From NCBI RefSeq assembly GCF_001194135.2, contig NC_068989.1, positions 93,791,311 to 93,855,310 of the forward strand: a stretch of DNA of 64,000 nt, written 5' to 3'. Source of the stretch: Octopus bimaculoides. Its lineage: Eukaryota. Position 1 is the stretch's first letter; each line of letters opens with the position of its first letter. The position numbers and the translations under genes are program-made. Shown in pieces: positions 25,184-37,804 of this stretch. The notes beneath the pieces were generated by a model. That model saw only the letters and a program-made list of their open reading frames with translations, was not told the DNA's origin and did not search any database.

Positions 25184-25378
25184 GAGGGTGTTGGGAGGTG
25201 GGGAAGGCATGGGTGAAGTGTGGGTTAGGCTGAGGGTGGGGTAGAGGTAGGGGTCTGTGGGTAGGGTGGGGTATGTGGGTAGGGAGTGGGTGGTGGTTGT
25301 AAGGAATTGGATGGGGTGGAGTGGGAAGGTAGAGTAGGAGTGTGTTGGGGTGTGGTGGGATGAGCTTATGAGGGGGTG
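25184..25378 (+). repeat. G-rich low-complexity tract with many GGG runs (G-quadruplex-prone)
   Basis: More than 15 runs of three or more G in about 195 bp, almost no C. Confidence 0.85.
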
Positions 25379-25615
25379 TTATAAAGTATGATATAAAGTG
25401 TATGTTTTTTAGCAAAGAATCGTAATTAAAAGAGACAGAAGCCGTATTAATATCAAAAAGTTATCTTGATCACCAAGTTAACGAGTAAGTTGAGTTAGAA
25501 CACGGAATACAGCCTTATTTACCTTGAGCACATCTCTCATAAGGACTCGTCGTACATAAAAGTACACGGTATTATATCGTTGACAGACGAAAAACGTCTG
25601 CTACCGCCTCTGGAA

Positions 25616-25662
25616 CTACCAGATCACGTGATTTCGCCTTGCTATGGGTTCCTCAGTGACAG
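25616..25662 (-). ncRNA. Candidate minimal type I hammerhead ribozyme (Penelope/retrozyme-like)
   Basis: Minus strand CUGUCA-CUGAGGA-ACCCAUAGCAAGGC-GAA-AUCACGUGAU-C-UGGUAG. Core CUGANGA and GAAA are intact; stem III is palindromic; cleavage triplet AUC; 6-bp stem I (2 G:U); stem II is weak (A.C closing pair, 2 C:G pairs). Confidence 0.6.
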
Positions 25663-26059
25663 ATGTCAAGGTTTGGCATAACAGCTGAATATCCTGTCAA
25701 CCATTTATAGAATCACAGTGTCTAAACAGGCGTTGATGTCGCAAATAGCCAGTTGAGTTATTTACAATGCTCAATAGGGATAGAAGCGGTAGTAATGCCC
25801 AAAATGGAATCTTGATCTCCTTGCGTATATGGTTTTCGTAGAATAATATTCAAAATGGAATCCTCATTATATCTTACATAAAATTATAAAATATGAATAT
25901 TTACCCAGTTATAAAGTAATGATCTTCTTTATAAAGGAAGGCTGATGAGTAGGCTGAGAGTTTGTTGGCCATATTTAATTTGACAATTCTCCTGTATATT
26001 AGTTTTTAGTGAAATAATATTTTCGAAAAAAAATTTGGGGTTGTATTTATTTTCTACAT

Positions 26060-26366
26060 CAGTGGTTCACGATCATTTTTTAGCTATGGGCACCTTTGGT
26101 TGCTACTTTATTCTGGTCGACCCCTATAGCAATTCGATGCTTTAAAACTAGTTTTATAGATACTTCTTCAAAACTTCCACACACTAACTTGTGCAGCTTG
26201 AACTATGTAAAATGTCTGAGCAAGAAAACTAATTGTTTCCTGCAACAAGTACATCGAAATGAAAATTTTTCATGGACATTTAAAAAACTATAGTGGATCT
26301 GCAGTTTAATATTTTGCTAGAGTGGAGCTCTCAGAATCTGGTATGGACCCTGGTTAAGAATTACTG
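26060..26366. mobile_element. hAT-type MITE, degenerate
   Basis: Ends cagtggttcacgatc ... ggttaagaattactg resemble a CAGTGGTTCTCAACC-type TIR; 8-bp flanks ttctacat and ctcaacat match 6/8 (TSD-like); subterminal atgggcacc / atggaccc. Confidence 0.65.
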
Positions 26367-27604
26367 CTCAACATGAATTTCAAAAATATTTTCATCTGTC
26401 GATTGTCAGCTGTCAAAAAGTCTTGATCCCTAGAAAAGAGAGGCGAAGACATAAATCCTCCTTTTTCAACGAATCACTGCATTTTCACTTTGTTCATAAT
26501 CATTGAAAATACCAGAGTCTCAAGATTTTGCCATCTAATTATAATATTAAATATATCTTCATAAATTCTCTCGTTCCTTATATATTTATGGAAACTGTGA
26601 TAACCATTTGAATCATACAAACACATTTTCTACTAACGAGCCTTCTTTTACGATTATCGTTGCATAATAACATCATAATCATAGTAAAATCCAGTCGAAA
26701 GGATATTATTTTTAACGGAGACACTATATCAAACGTTCAACCGGTAGCCTATGTTTTTCCTTCAGTTTTGACATCAATGCCTTTAGTGTTTCTATGTTTG
26801 CGATATATATCTACAGCTAATAATGCAAGAAACTCTTTGCCTGTTTTATTATCCCTCTGCATTTTTATGAGCTAATATTAAAGTTGATTTTTAATTGATT
26901 TCTCACTTGAGTCGTCAGTTAAATCTTCAAATATCTCTTTCAGAAAACATGCTTCATTTGATATTTAGGAAATATCTCTCTATTCGATTCTTGTCCAGTG
27001 CACATTTATTTGTCAGTGCACGTTTCTAGCATCGTGTAGTCATTTATTAAATCTTCCCATACGTTGCTTGTATTTTCTGAGATTCATTTTCTAAAGAAAA
27101 GATGATTTATTACAATTTTAAATTACAGCTATATTAGGATCTCTTCGTATCAAAGGAACACTTTAACAAAAATTTCCTTAGAGAAGAATTGTAGTAGCAA
27201 AGGGCCAATTAATTTGCTTAAAGACTACTTGAATGGCAGCCGAAAGCATTGTAGCATCATCTAAGGTGATTAGTTTAGTAGTTTTTATATTGTGAAGCTT
27301 CTCACAAGATATTTTCGTGTAAAAGACAGCTGTTTCTAGTACAAGTATTTAAGAAGAGGTATTTGCTATTCTATATGTGATTAACAAAGGAATTGTAATA
27401 GCTACAATGTTGTAAGAAAAATTACTTTCATACTCTTTACAGAAATCGTGTAGGAGTTATTAACGTGGAATCTGCAGATCTGTGGGGTGCCGTGAGCGGT
27501 GTTCAAAGTCTCAATGACTTCATAGATTCTCTGTTGGAATTTCCAATGAGTTGAAAGAAAATCTTGGCACACAATAGTAAGGAAAGTTTATATGTAATTT
27601 ATAT

Positions 27605-27650
27605 GTGAATGCATGCATACATAATACATACATACGTGCATGCACATACA

Positions 27651-27735
<85 letters not shown>
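27605..27735. repeat. (CATA)n/(TA)n microsatellite
   Basis: Direct reading. Confidence 0.95.
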
Positions 27736-27736
<1 letters not shown>

Positions 27737-27925
27737 TTTATATGTATACACATATACACATATACACATGCATATTTGCAAAACATTATAATACAAGATA
27801 GAATAAACAGATTTTAATGTGAATCACAACAATTGTTTCTGTGCATTACATCAACTAATAATTTCTGAGTGTTTCACATATTTTAGATATTATTATATAA
27901 TAATCTGCGTATACATACATATGAG

Positions 27926-27964
<39 letters not shown>

Positions 27965-30900
27965 CAGACAGACAAACAGGCAGACAGACAGACAGACAGA
28001 TAAGACAGACAGAGTGTGTGTGTATTTGTGTGGGGTTGGCTTCTCACAACAAGCCAGGCTACCTGAGAGGGAGACGGTGTCTTGTGCTGCTGGATTTTCC
28101 ACAATATAAAATGTTGAAATGTTTCTGCTTTTGAAACACCTGTTGAGATATCTGAAGTCTGCCGGCCTTATCCGTTGTATTAATTTCATTATGCAGTGCA
28201 CGTTCTTTGGCAGCAAAGTTCGCAACGAAGTCTTTATAATAATAAAAGGATACTACATCGCCTATTATTTTATTCAATACTTACGTCTCATGAATCGTTT
28301 GAGAGGTCTCCTTTCATCATATTAGCGGCAAACATGCGATAAAGTTGTAAAGACGCAAATGGTAGTATGCAAAATTAACTTTCCCCTGAATACAATCAAA
28401 CTGGTGTTGGTTCTCAGACATACCCCTGTGTTTCATCATCATTTCTCAGTAGGTATCTTCGTTTTCTGATTATTTACAGGTATTTTGCATTATACCACCA
28501 ACTGAATACAAATCTTCAAAACTGCGAGAGCATCAACTGCCTGATATGAAATCTTTATGTAAACTTACCTTACGTTTAGATTGAGACAAACTTTTCAGAT
28601 TCTGACTGGCGTTGCAGGGATTCAATTTAAATTAATTCTTAAGATTCGCTGAGATATGTTTACCCATCTTTGTGATATCATAAACCTGAGAGAAACTAAT
28701 CTTTTTTAATTCTTTTGTATGAAATAAAACCAAAGGTTTTGCAAATATTTTCTCAAGCAGTAATATTTCAACATTGAAACTAAATCGCTTGGATGCAGTT
28801 TGTGGAGAAAATACAGGTTCTCGAAATTTTCCTTCCAGTTGTCTCTGTAAGCCATGAACCGTTTGGTGAGCCTGAGAAATATATTGGCAACAATACTGTT
28901 CGATGGTAACATTATTTTTTCCTCCCTTTTGCCTTGCACTGATGCTTGCAGTATTATGTAACTGAAACACCAACCCACGATATTACTCTACATTCATCGA
29001 CTGTTGTTAGTTGTTACTTTCCAGCTGCAAATTGGATTCAATTGCTCGTTGCTGGAAGAGTTATCTACCGTGCTTATTTCGGATAGATGACCCTCCACAA
29101 AACGCTATCCGCGAGGCATTATGTCACACCAGAATAGTTTTCCAATAAATATTTGCTCCGTTATCAGAATTTATTTGTAACTGTCGAACTTATTCGTAAA
29201 AAGGAGGAAATAAAGCTGCGTATGACACAGAATCCAATTTTAACCCTAAAATATTTACACTAATTATTTGCAAATTTGGGGATACACATCGAATGAGGAT
29301 CTCCTTTAAACTTTCAGTATACCTTATTGTAACCATTTCAGCTGAGTTATATTGCCTTCTGTCCAATTATAGGGTCTCTCTTAAGTGTTACATTCACTGT
29401 CGTAACAGAAATCCATTCATTGCGATCTTGTTATTCCTGTAATTCCATTTCCTGAAAGGTTTCAAATGTTCTCTTCAGTGATTGAATGTAAATTTTCTAT
29501 GATGCTAGGAATGCACCTTTTATTAATACGTTTTCAGTCTTAATTTCAATTGGATTCACTGAAACAAACAACCTGCAATTGAGCAAAGTATTTATATCGA
29601 AAGTCCATGCATGCGCAATGTCCTGTGGTCTATTTGACATTTTACTCTGAAACAGAAATTATTCCTTTCATTCAGCTTATAAGTGCTCCAATTGACACAA
29701 AAGTGAATGACAAATTGTATGACATTACGGATTATATGAAGCTTAGATGATAAGGATTCTAAGTATCACATTACGACATGTTGAATAAGGAGGAATATAC
29801 ATTTATCCACAGTAATGTGGTTCAATACTCATTTCATATTATTGCTATTTTATTAAATATTCTATCTAATTTTTTCTTCAGTTCTTCATAAGATTAATGT
29901 CATGTCTGCCATTCTTAAATGTATTTCATCAGCAGTGTTTTGTAAGCTCTTCCCATTCCTCCGCATCCACCCTCATTTGATTAGCTTATTTATAATTATG
30001 GCGTTGACGCCTCATTCATTCTTGATTGCGTTATTATTTTCCTCTCTCGTTCTTGTTAGCCACTAGAATATCGTTATTTATTTATTCATCATCATTTTTT
30101 CCTAATCATTTTTCAGATGCCTTCTTAGTTGTTCCTCGGCTAACAGTTGCTTTGTAAAAGGTGTCTCCATAATAAATGAATTAGAAGTCGAAACACAAAT
30201 CACTTTTTGCCTTGTCCTAGAAGAAATTGTTAAATATATATAATACATAAGTAACATCAAAATGACATTATAACATGACACAATATAATAACATTAATAG
30301 ACAAACAAAATAATATTGTTTTTTCCTACGGTCTGTTGATTATGTGTCAAGTCAACTTTAGGTTAGTTTTGAAGTTGAAAGAAATAAATTGGTAGTTCAT
30401 AGAAACCCGCTGTTCAAAAAGAGTTGATTTTTGTTCGTGAATTGTTAGGTTCTTATATAAATGTGTGAATGTTTTGATGTGTTCTCTCTGTTGTGTTAAA
30501 ATGAAAGAAATACCTATTTCAATAAATAATTGATAGTTGCCATAATAATGTCAGTATTTAACGTAGTTTGTCTTGAATCGGTAGCTTGAGATGGCCTAAG
30601 GAATTTCGTTTCTTGCGAGACATTAGAAGAATCTCTCCATAGCTGTGTAGAAGATTGTTCGTTTTGATGTGCCGGAAATTCTCTCAGCAGAAGATTGGTA
30701 ATTGTTGTTAAATGTTATACTGAAAAGCATGTGAGACAAATAGCAACACAGAAATAGTGGAGAAGGCAGATGAAAAGTAGATATATAGATACGGAATGAA
30801 GAGAAAGACAAGGAGAACAACTAGCTGTACGGGGTGGGGGAGACGCGGGTTTAGAGCGATGAAAATTTATAGCGTAGGTCAAAAGTGACTGTAAATTATT

Positions 30901-31189
30901 CTAAAGAAATTTGCTAAAGACATTTATTTTGTTGTTGGACGCAAGTTTGTTTTCTTTGGAAAGACTTCTAAGACTTGGTTAAATTGGTAAAGATTTAGTT
31001 TATCTACATTTTTGATAACATCAGCTGTGGGCAGTGTACGTTGTCTTCTGTTGTCTTTCATTGTGTCGAGCAGAATGAAAGAGTAACAAATAAATTCTTC
31101 TGTCTCTCAATCATAGTTCTATTATTTCATTCAAAGTTTATTTAAGGATTTTAAAATATAAAATACAGTTATATAACGTGTATTTTCCT

Positions 31190-31626
31190 TATTCTTATAT
31201 TTGTTTCAGTTGTTACTCTGCAGTTATGCTGGAGCAAAGCCTTGAAGAATTTAAGCCTTATAATTATTCTATCAGTTCGTTGTGTCGAACCGCTAAGTTA
31301 CGGATACGTAAACACACAAACACCGGTTGTCAAACGGTGATGGAGGACAAACATAGAAACAAAGATACACACACAGAGAAACATACACGTATATAATTAC
31401 ATGGCGGTGCTCCAGCATGGACGTAGCCTGATGATTAAAACAAGTAAAAGGTAAAACTTATACGACGGGCTTCCTTCAGTTTCCGTCAACCAAATCCACT
31501 CGCAAAGCTTTGGTCAACCCGAGGCAATAGTTAAAGACACTTACCCAAGGTACCACATAGTGGGACTGAACCCGGAGTCATACGGTTGTCAAACAAACTT
31601 CTTATCACAGAGCTATGCCTGTGCCT
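31190..31626 (-). mobile_element. SINE family A, full length, with a nested opposite-strand tail
   Basis: Tail ttgtttcagt...atgctggagc, linker, then gacgggcttccttcagtttccgtc...gacacttacccaagg...cttatcacagagctatgcctgtgcct. Confidence 0.9.
31403..31456 (+). mobile_element. SINE family A tail-only insertion nested in the host SINE linker
   Basis: ggcggtgctccagcatggacgtagcctgatgattaaaacaagtaaaagg. Confidence 0.8.
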
Positions 31627-32604
31627 ATATAACATTTCCATTTTAAATTTATGAGTAATGCTAAGAATGTTCTTGTTTTCATAAATAATTGTAACATGAG
31701 AGAAGTAAATTAAATTGGGCAGAGAAATATACCCAACACATTGCGATATTTCGCCATATTTGTTTTCGTACTTAGTTCATATTTCCTGAAATTAATACTG
31801 CATTTTTCTTTTTGTTTTAAATTATTAGGATGGATGAAATATTTCCACTTTAAGTGAAGTGGATTGCTATAACTGAATTGTATGTCCAAATATGTTTGAC
31901 ATTGTTTCTAAATTACTCTTGCGTCATGATTTTTGAAGCTTTTATGTTGTAGAAAAACTGTATATCCTCTATTTTCATTAAGACAAAATATTGATTTATT
32001 TCTATGAAACAAAACTGGTTAGATAATCAGATGAGAAAATCCCTCTGGCTTTTGAAATCTAGTGCCTTAGATTATATTTACGTTTCCTGCAGGTCCAAAC
32101 AATACTCGTCTTCAGTTTTTGTTTCGTCCGATTTTATTTATATAATCTTGTCAAAGCACAAGATGATATTTGTTCCGTTTCTTTATATATATATCAAAGC
32201 GTAAGAAACATTTATTAGTAGTTATATAACATTTTAAAATATCCGAACTTAAAACAAATATAAGATATAAAATAGCCTTTCTAAACATCAGTAATGTTTC
32301 GACCGATTGTGTTTCCTTGATCCTAAACGGAGAAGACAGTTTAATTTAATAACTTGGTATTGAACAATATTACGGTGTAACATTCTGTTAACAGTTTTGA
32401 ATTATGTTGATAATGTCTCCAGGATGTGAACGAAAACCAATACATTTCATTAATACTCAACGGAAGTTGAAAGGTATAGATATGTGGTAGCAAGATCGCT
32501 TGGTAACTGCTTTGATTCAGGTACAGCCACACTGCAGGGCACTTAGGGAAAATGTTTTCTGCTAAAACCCCGGACCGAGACCAATGCTTTACGAATGAAT
32601 TTGG

Positions 32605-33385
32605 TAGACGTAAACTGTGTGGAAGTTCGTGGAATTTCGTGATATTATTTTATTCACCTAGTTCTACATGTTTACACTTTTATCGCCTTCAAAGTATTCT
32701 CCATTTGAAGCAATGCATCGGTCCAAGGAGCAAGTTCGGGTAAATTGGGAGGGTTGGTAAGCGCGGTCATGCCATTTTTGGTCAAAAACTTGTTTTACAC
32801 TTCCATGAGCAGGCGAGGCGCAAATTTAGCTGCAAATCTTTTTATTCGCAATTCCTCGCTGAAACTTCATTGGCAAAAGCTCTAAGACACACCAGTCATA
32901 TAAGCAAGTTCGTCAAACATTCGGTGACGGTCCTCCAAAATTAGTTCATGAATTTTCGTGATGTTTTCATTCGTTTAGGAGGTCGTCGATCACCCTGAAC
33001 GAAGCTGCTATTCAAGCGAAAACGTAACCCTTCGTAAAGCGTGAAAACCTGTTGTAAACTGGTGTTTTGCTCATGGCAGCGTCCTTGTAAGCTGTTTGAA
33101 GATTGACAACTCTTTCATCCGCCGTTTTCTGCAATAGAAAGCAGAATTTCACGGAACCACACGGTTCCGTCGTTTCAGCAATTGCAAAAATCGACGAAGA
33201 AGGAAGAAGCACTGTAAAACAAAAGAAGTACGACCTCAAACGAAGACGACGGTTGGTTGGCAGACAGATGCCTGAGGGTTGTATTAAGTGACTTCTACTG
33301 GTAGGTTTCCGGCCGCAGTCCAATGAATGAAACAAGAAAAGACAGATTCGGTCACCCATTGCTGGATATTCTGAACACTACATTA
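32605..33385 (-). mobile_element. Internally deleted mariner element (transposase pseudogene about 32664-33184)
   Basis: Minus translation: AETTEPCGSVKFCFLLQKTA..LQTAYKDAAMSKTPVYNRFSRF..ENITKIHELILEDR..RFAAKFAPRLL [deletion] KFLTKNGMTALTNPPNLPELAP [deletion] WDRCIASNGEYFEGD. Element ends are approximate. Confidence 0.88.
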
Positions 33386-33828
33386 TAAAGTAAATTTGAT
33401 ATACTTTTGATACGTTTAAAAGTTTATAATATAAATATTTGAAAACTACATTAAACATACGCGTATACTTACAAAGCACACACTTAGGTTATAAGAAGAG
33501 AGGCTATTCTTTTATATTAATACGAAATCATTCTGATGTGGTAATTGTCAGCTTAAAACAAGAGAGTTGAAAATGAAACAAGTGATTCACCGTGGTGATA
33601 CAATCGTGAAAATCTTTGAATATAAGCACAGTCTCAATAGCTGGGTTTCCTTAGCAGCCACTTTTGACATTAGCCGCTAGTCTTGATATTTGTTTCATGA
33701 TATATTCAAATATATTATCAATAAGATTTATACATTCTTTAACATTCACCAAATACTTCGCCGTCTTTCATTATACATATATTCATTCACACACAAACAC
33801 ATATTAACACGCATCTATCACACATATG

Positions 33829-33876
<48 letters not shown>

Positions 33877-34933
33877 ACACATAAACACAGACATATACAC
33901 AGAGAAGCATGTACATATAGACTCATGTCACACAGGCATACGAAAACACAAATATGTATGTATATTTGTAAATTAATAAAATCTTCAAAATAAAAAAAAA
34001 AAATCGTTAGACAAAATAAATATTCGATAGTTCTAAAGTATAAAGTTAAGATACATAAAAACAAGCAAATATCAAAATGACTTTTATTGCCTTTGTTTCA
34101 ACGCTCATTTACTTTTAGTGTGTTTCGTTGTCGACGTCCATAAGCTCGCAGAACATAGTTTACATCAACAATATTTATATTTGCTATAGAAAAAGAAAAC
34201 AACATCAGAAAAGTAATTAGTTCAGCGAAGCGTGTTTTCTTTCATTGAAATACATATCATATAGAATTAATGGACCGTTAGTTTAGGTAAAAAAAATAAT
34301 AATCTGCTATTCTTGAGATATAATATTCAACACTTTTTGATTTCTTTGCTAATTTCTTTTCCCAGCTGCATATACTCTGATTTATTTGTGGTGTAGCGGT
34401 TGCATTCCAAGCGTATTATCTAGCATTCCAATCTTCTAGGGCCCAGGTACACTTCCCCAACGAAAATTAAGGTTACAATGTATGGAAGCATAAGACGCAA
34501 AATATGAGCAATAAAGCATCAATTTTAAGTAACCTTAAAGAAGTTTTACGATATTGTTTATGTAAACCATGCAAGGCCACGGTTTAACAAATTCAAATCT
34601 TATGTCGAATATGTTTTTTTCTTGTAACAGAGGTTAATATTTAGTCTAGGGTCTGCTTTAAATGAACTGATTGATGATTGAAACCATTCTTATTCCAACC
34701 TGGACCAATACATAAAAAATAACAACTGGTTGGACTGTACCATACAATATGATATTCGATTTCTGTGTAAATGGTAAGTTGTGATTTGATGGGAAACTGA
34801 TTACTAATCAGATGTCATTAATTAGACCGTCATGAATTTTGATGAAAATTGACTGTGATCAAAACATAAATTTGCGATGTACTACCACAAAATATATATT
34901 GGAAGAAATGTGTGCATTAGACTGAAATACATT

Positions 34934-34996
<63 letters not shown>

Positions 34997-35054
34997 CTGT
35001 ATATGGACAGTTACATTTGTTAGATATGTGCATATATGCATACGCATACACACG

Positions 35055-35095
<41 letters not shown>

Positions 35096-35105
35096 NNNNN
35101 NNNNN

Positions 35106-35144
<39 letters not shown>

Positions 35145-35334
35145 TAGTTAAGTAGACTTAGCGGTTGCAATAACCGTCTAAGGGATAAGAATATTCGTTC
35201 TTATACCGGTATGATTCACCTATGTTAAACCTTGGCATGGGTATGCAAACACACTATGTTCATAGGGTACAGGTAATAACAGAATAAACAAGAGTTTATC
35301 AGAAATCAAATTTAAAATAAGCAGAAAACGATAC

Positions 35335-36495
35335 GTTCTTGCCTGTTTTGGAATCAGACCACGAAATCGTTTTCCGTGAGCGAGTCAATGACCTTCTTCG
35401 ATTCCTCTCTGGATCTCGACAACGGTGTTAAAACCGCGACCTTTGAACTGCCTTTTGATTTTCGGGAAGAGATGGAAATCCACAGGTGCGAAATCTGGTG
35501 AATTGGGCGTGTACCATGTTGATTCTGGCGAGAAATTCGCGAGTGAGGTGAGCTCAGTAACAGCGTGCATTGTCGTTGTGAAGAATCCAATTCTTAGCGC
35601 TCCAGAGATGCTGTTACTTTCTCTGAACGTCCTCCCTCAAACGTTTCAAAGGGTTGCAATAAAACTCTCCATTCACCTTCTGATTCTGGGAGACGGATTC
35701 TCGATTCACAATGTCGAGAAAGATGATCAGCATGATCTTGATTGAGCTGCGGCTGTCGTGTCTTCTTCGGTCATGCGGATAAAGGGCTCATCCACTGTGA
35801 TGACTGTTGCTTCGTCGCAGGGTCGTACCCGTAGACCCAACTTACGTCAGCGGTGATGATACTCAATATGAAGTATGGGTCATAGGAAGCACGGTGACGG
35901 AGACCATGGCGGACTACGATGCGATGCTCTTGCTGCTCAGTGGACAAACTTGGCAGAGACACACCCCATGTTCAATTCAGGTATTTAGGATTTCCTACTC
36001 TGACCCATACGACCGACACCATCAACAATGACGTTCATTGTCCTTCGACGATCCTCATTCACAAACAGATGAATTTTTGCCACATTTTCGGGGGTAACGC
36101 TCCTGGCAGGTCTTCCACATCGCACATCGTCTTCCAGGAACCTTCTTCCGGTTTTGAAGCGACCGTTCCACTCAAACCATGACATACGGTCCATTCCTTC
36201 GTCGCCATACTATGCCAAGGTATACTCAATGTTTTTGTAGCAGACTTCCAAGTTTAATGCAAAATTTTCACGTTGGCTTTTTGCTCCAATATCCCATCCA
36301 TGACAAAATCACAGACTACAGTATACATGTGAACACAAAAACACAAATTTCCTAGTTTGCGAAGTAAACACAACGATGTCATTCGTCATACTACCTCACG
36401 AAGATTACTGATAGTTCTCACTGCGCTTGCAGCCGTGAGCTATTATCTATTCGCGCGCTACAGAACTAATCCGGGAAGGTTTTCACACTATCGTG
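35335..36495 (-). mobile_element. Mariner (DD34D) element, near full-length transposase pseudogene (ATG 36301), 3' end truncated
   Basis: MDGILEQKANVKF.., WFEWNGRFKTGRRFLEDDVRCGRP, IITADVSWVYGYDPATKQQSSQW, WILHNDNAR, PNSPDFAPVDFHLFPKIK; multiple stops and frameshifts; degenerate left TIR near 36470-36495. Confidence 0.95.
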
Positions 36496-36511
36496 AATAT
36501 ATATATATACA

Positions 36512-36785
36512 TTTTTTCTTTTACTTGTTTCAGTCATTTCACTGGAGCACCGCCTTTAGTCGAACAAATCCAGACCATGACTTATTCTTTGTAAGTCCAG
36601 TACTAATTCTCTCAGTCTCATTTGGTGAGCCTCTAGGATACGGGAACACGAAATCCACTCACAAGGATTTGGTCGGATCGAGGCTATAGTAGAAGACACT
36701 TGGCCAAGGTACCACTCAGCGGGACAGAACCCGGAACCATATGGTTGGTAAGCAGGCTACTTACCACACAACCACTCATGCGCCT
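36512..36785 (-). mobile_element. SINE family A with internal deletion of the microsatellite linker
   Basis: ttttacttgtttcagtcattt...ctggagcaccgcctttagtcg...aaatccactcacaagg...accactcatgcgcct. Confidence 0.9.
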
Positions 36786-37660
36786 TGGTTGATGATGCGT
36801 AGACATGCGCTGAGACTGCGACATCTCCGGCTCTACGTGGACGTCGGTGAGCAGTTGTGGTCACCGTTTGTGCGGCGCGCCTTCCCGCAGCTCGTCTTCA
36901 TGACCGAACTGCAGTCGTAGATCAAGAAGTGGTCGAGGAAGGGCGAATGACACCGCGAGTGTCGCTTTACTCTTCAGCATCTCTGCTGCGGGTCGACCTT
37001 GAGCGACTGCATCACAACCAAGGCATTCTATAGGAGATTAGTGGAGGGGAGGTACGACGACGAACTCGTGGTGAAGCTGGGCGTCGACGAGGAATGCCTG
37101 ACCCGCTTGTTGAAGACCCTTTTCAGGTCGGGACCTATGGGCAACTTCCAGAGATCCCTGGCCTGGCAGTGCTACCGAGAATCGCTACCCGTTCGGGATA
37201 CGCTCTACTCACACGGCTCGAGAAACACGGGGCCGACCTGCTCGAGATGCGATCAAAGCGACTAATCTGTTCTGCACGCACTCGTGCAGTGTCCAACCAT
37301 TTCCGACCTGTGGGCTTATGTCGAACGACTGCTGTCACGTGTGGGACGAGTCGGTTTATCAGCCGAGTCTATTGTCAATATCGTCACGCCCCCTTCCTTC
37401 AAACGGGAAGGAAGAGCTGTATTTATCATACTTGTGGCTATGGTGAAAGAATATATCGGGTGGAAGCGTCTGAAAGGATTAGAGACAAACACTTTCCTCT
37501 CTGGTCAATCTCTCATCAACTTTTTCAAGTATCACTTGAAAAGAAAGTGAGAGTGGAGGGGCATGCTTTGTCTAGTGAATGTTTCAAAAAAATATGGGTG
37601 AATGTAGCAAGGATGGCACGTATGAATGACGAACCCACCTTGAGCATGATCCAATGAACC
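36786..37660 (+). mobile_element. 3' fragment of a Tx1/L1-clade LINE ORF2 with zf-RVT CCHC motif, degenerate
   Basis: FQRSLAWQCYRESLPVRDTLYSHGSRNTGPTCSRCDQSD*SVLHALVQCPTISDLWAYVERLL..FIILVAMVKEYI..; GC-rich; related copy at 63799-64000. Confidence 0.85.
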
Positions 37661-37726
37661 CGGAAAAATTTAAAACAGAGTTACTTGCAAATAAATGTGT
37701 TAACATGTGACATTATTGACCGAGGT

Positions 37727-37727
<1 letters not shown>

Positions 37728-37801
<74 letters not shown>
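37728..37801. repeat. (TA)n microsatellite
   Basis: Direct reading. Confidence 0.97.

Positions 37802-37804
<3 letters not shown>

Noticed and set aside
27170-27450. Minus frame with few stops and hydrophobic stretches (possible receptor pseudogene)
   Set aside because: No recognisable motif; compatible with AT-rich chance.
28570-28973. 113-aa minus ORF followed in frame by a strong donor aag|gtaagt at 28570
   Set aside because: In-frame stop before the donor, no good acceptor, no homology.
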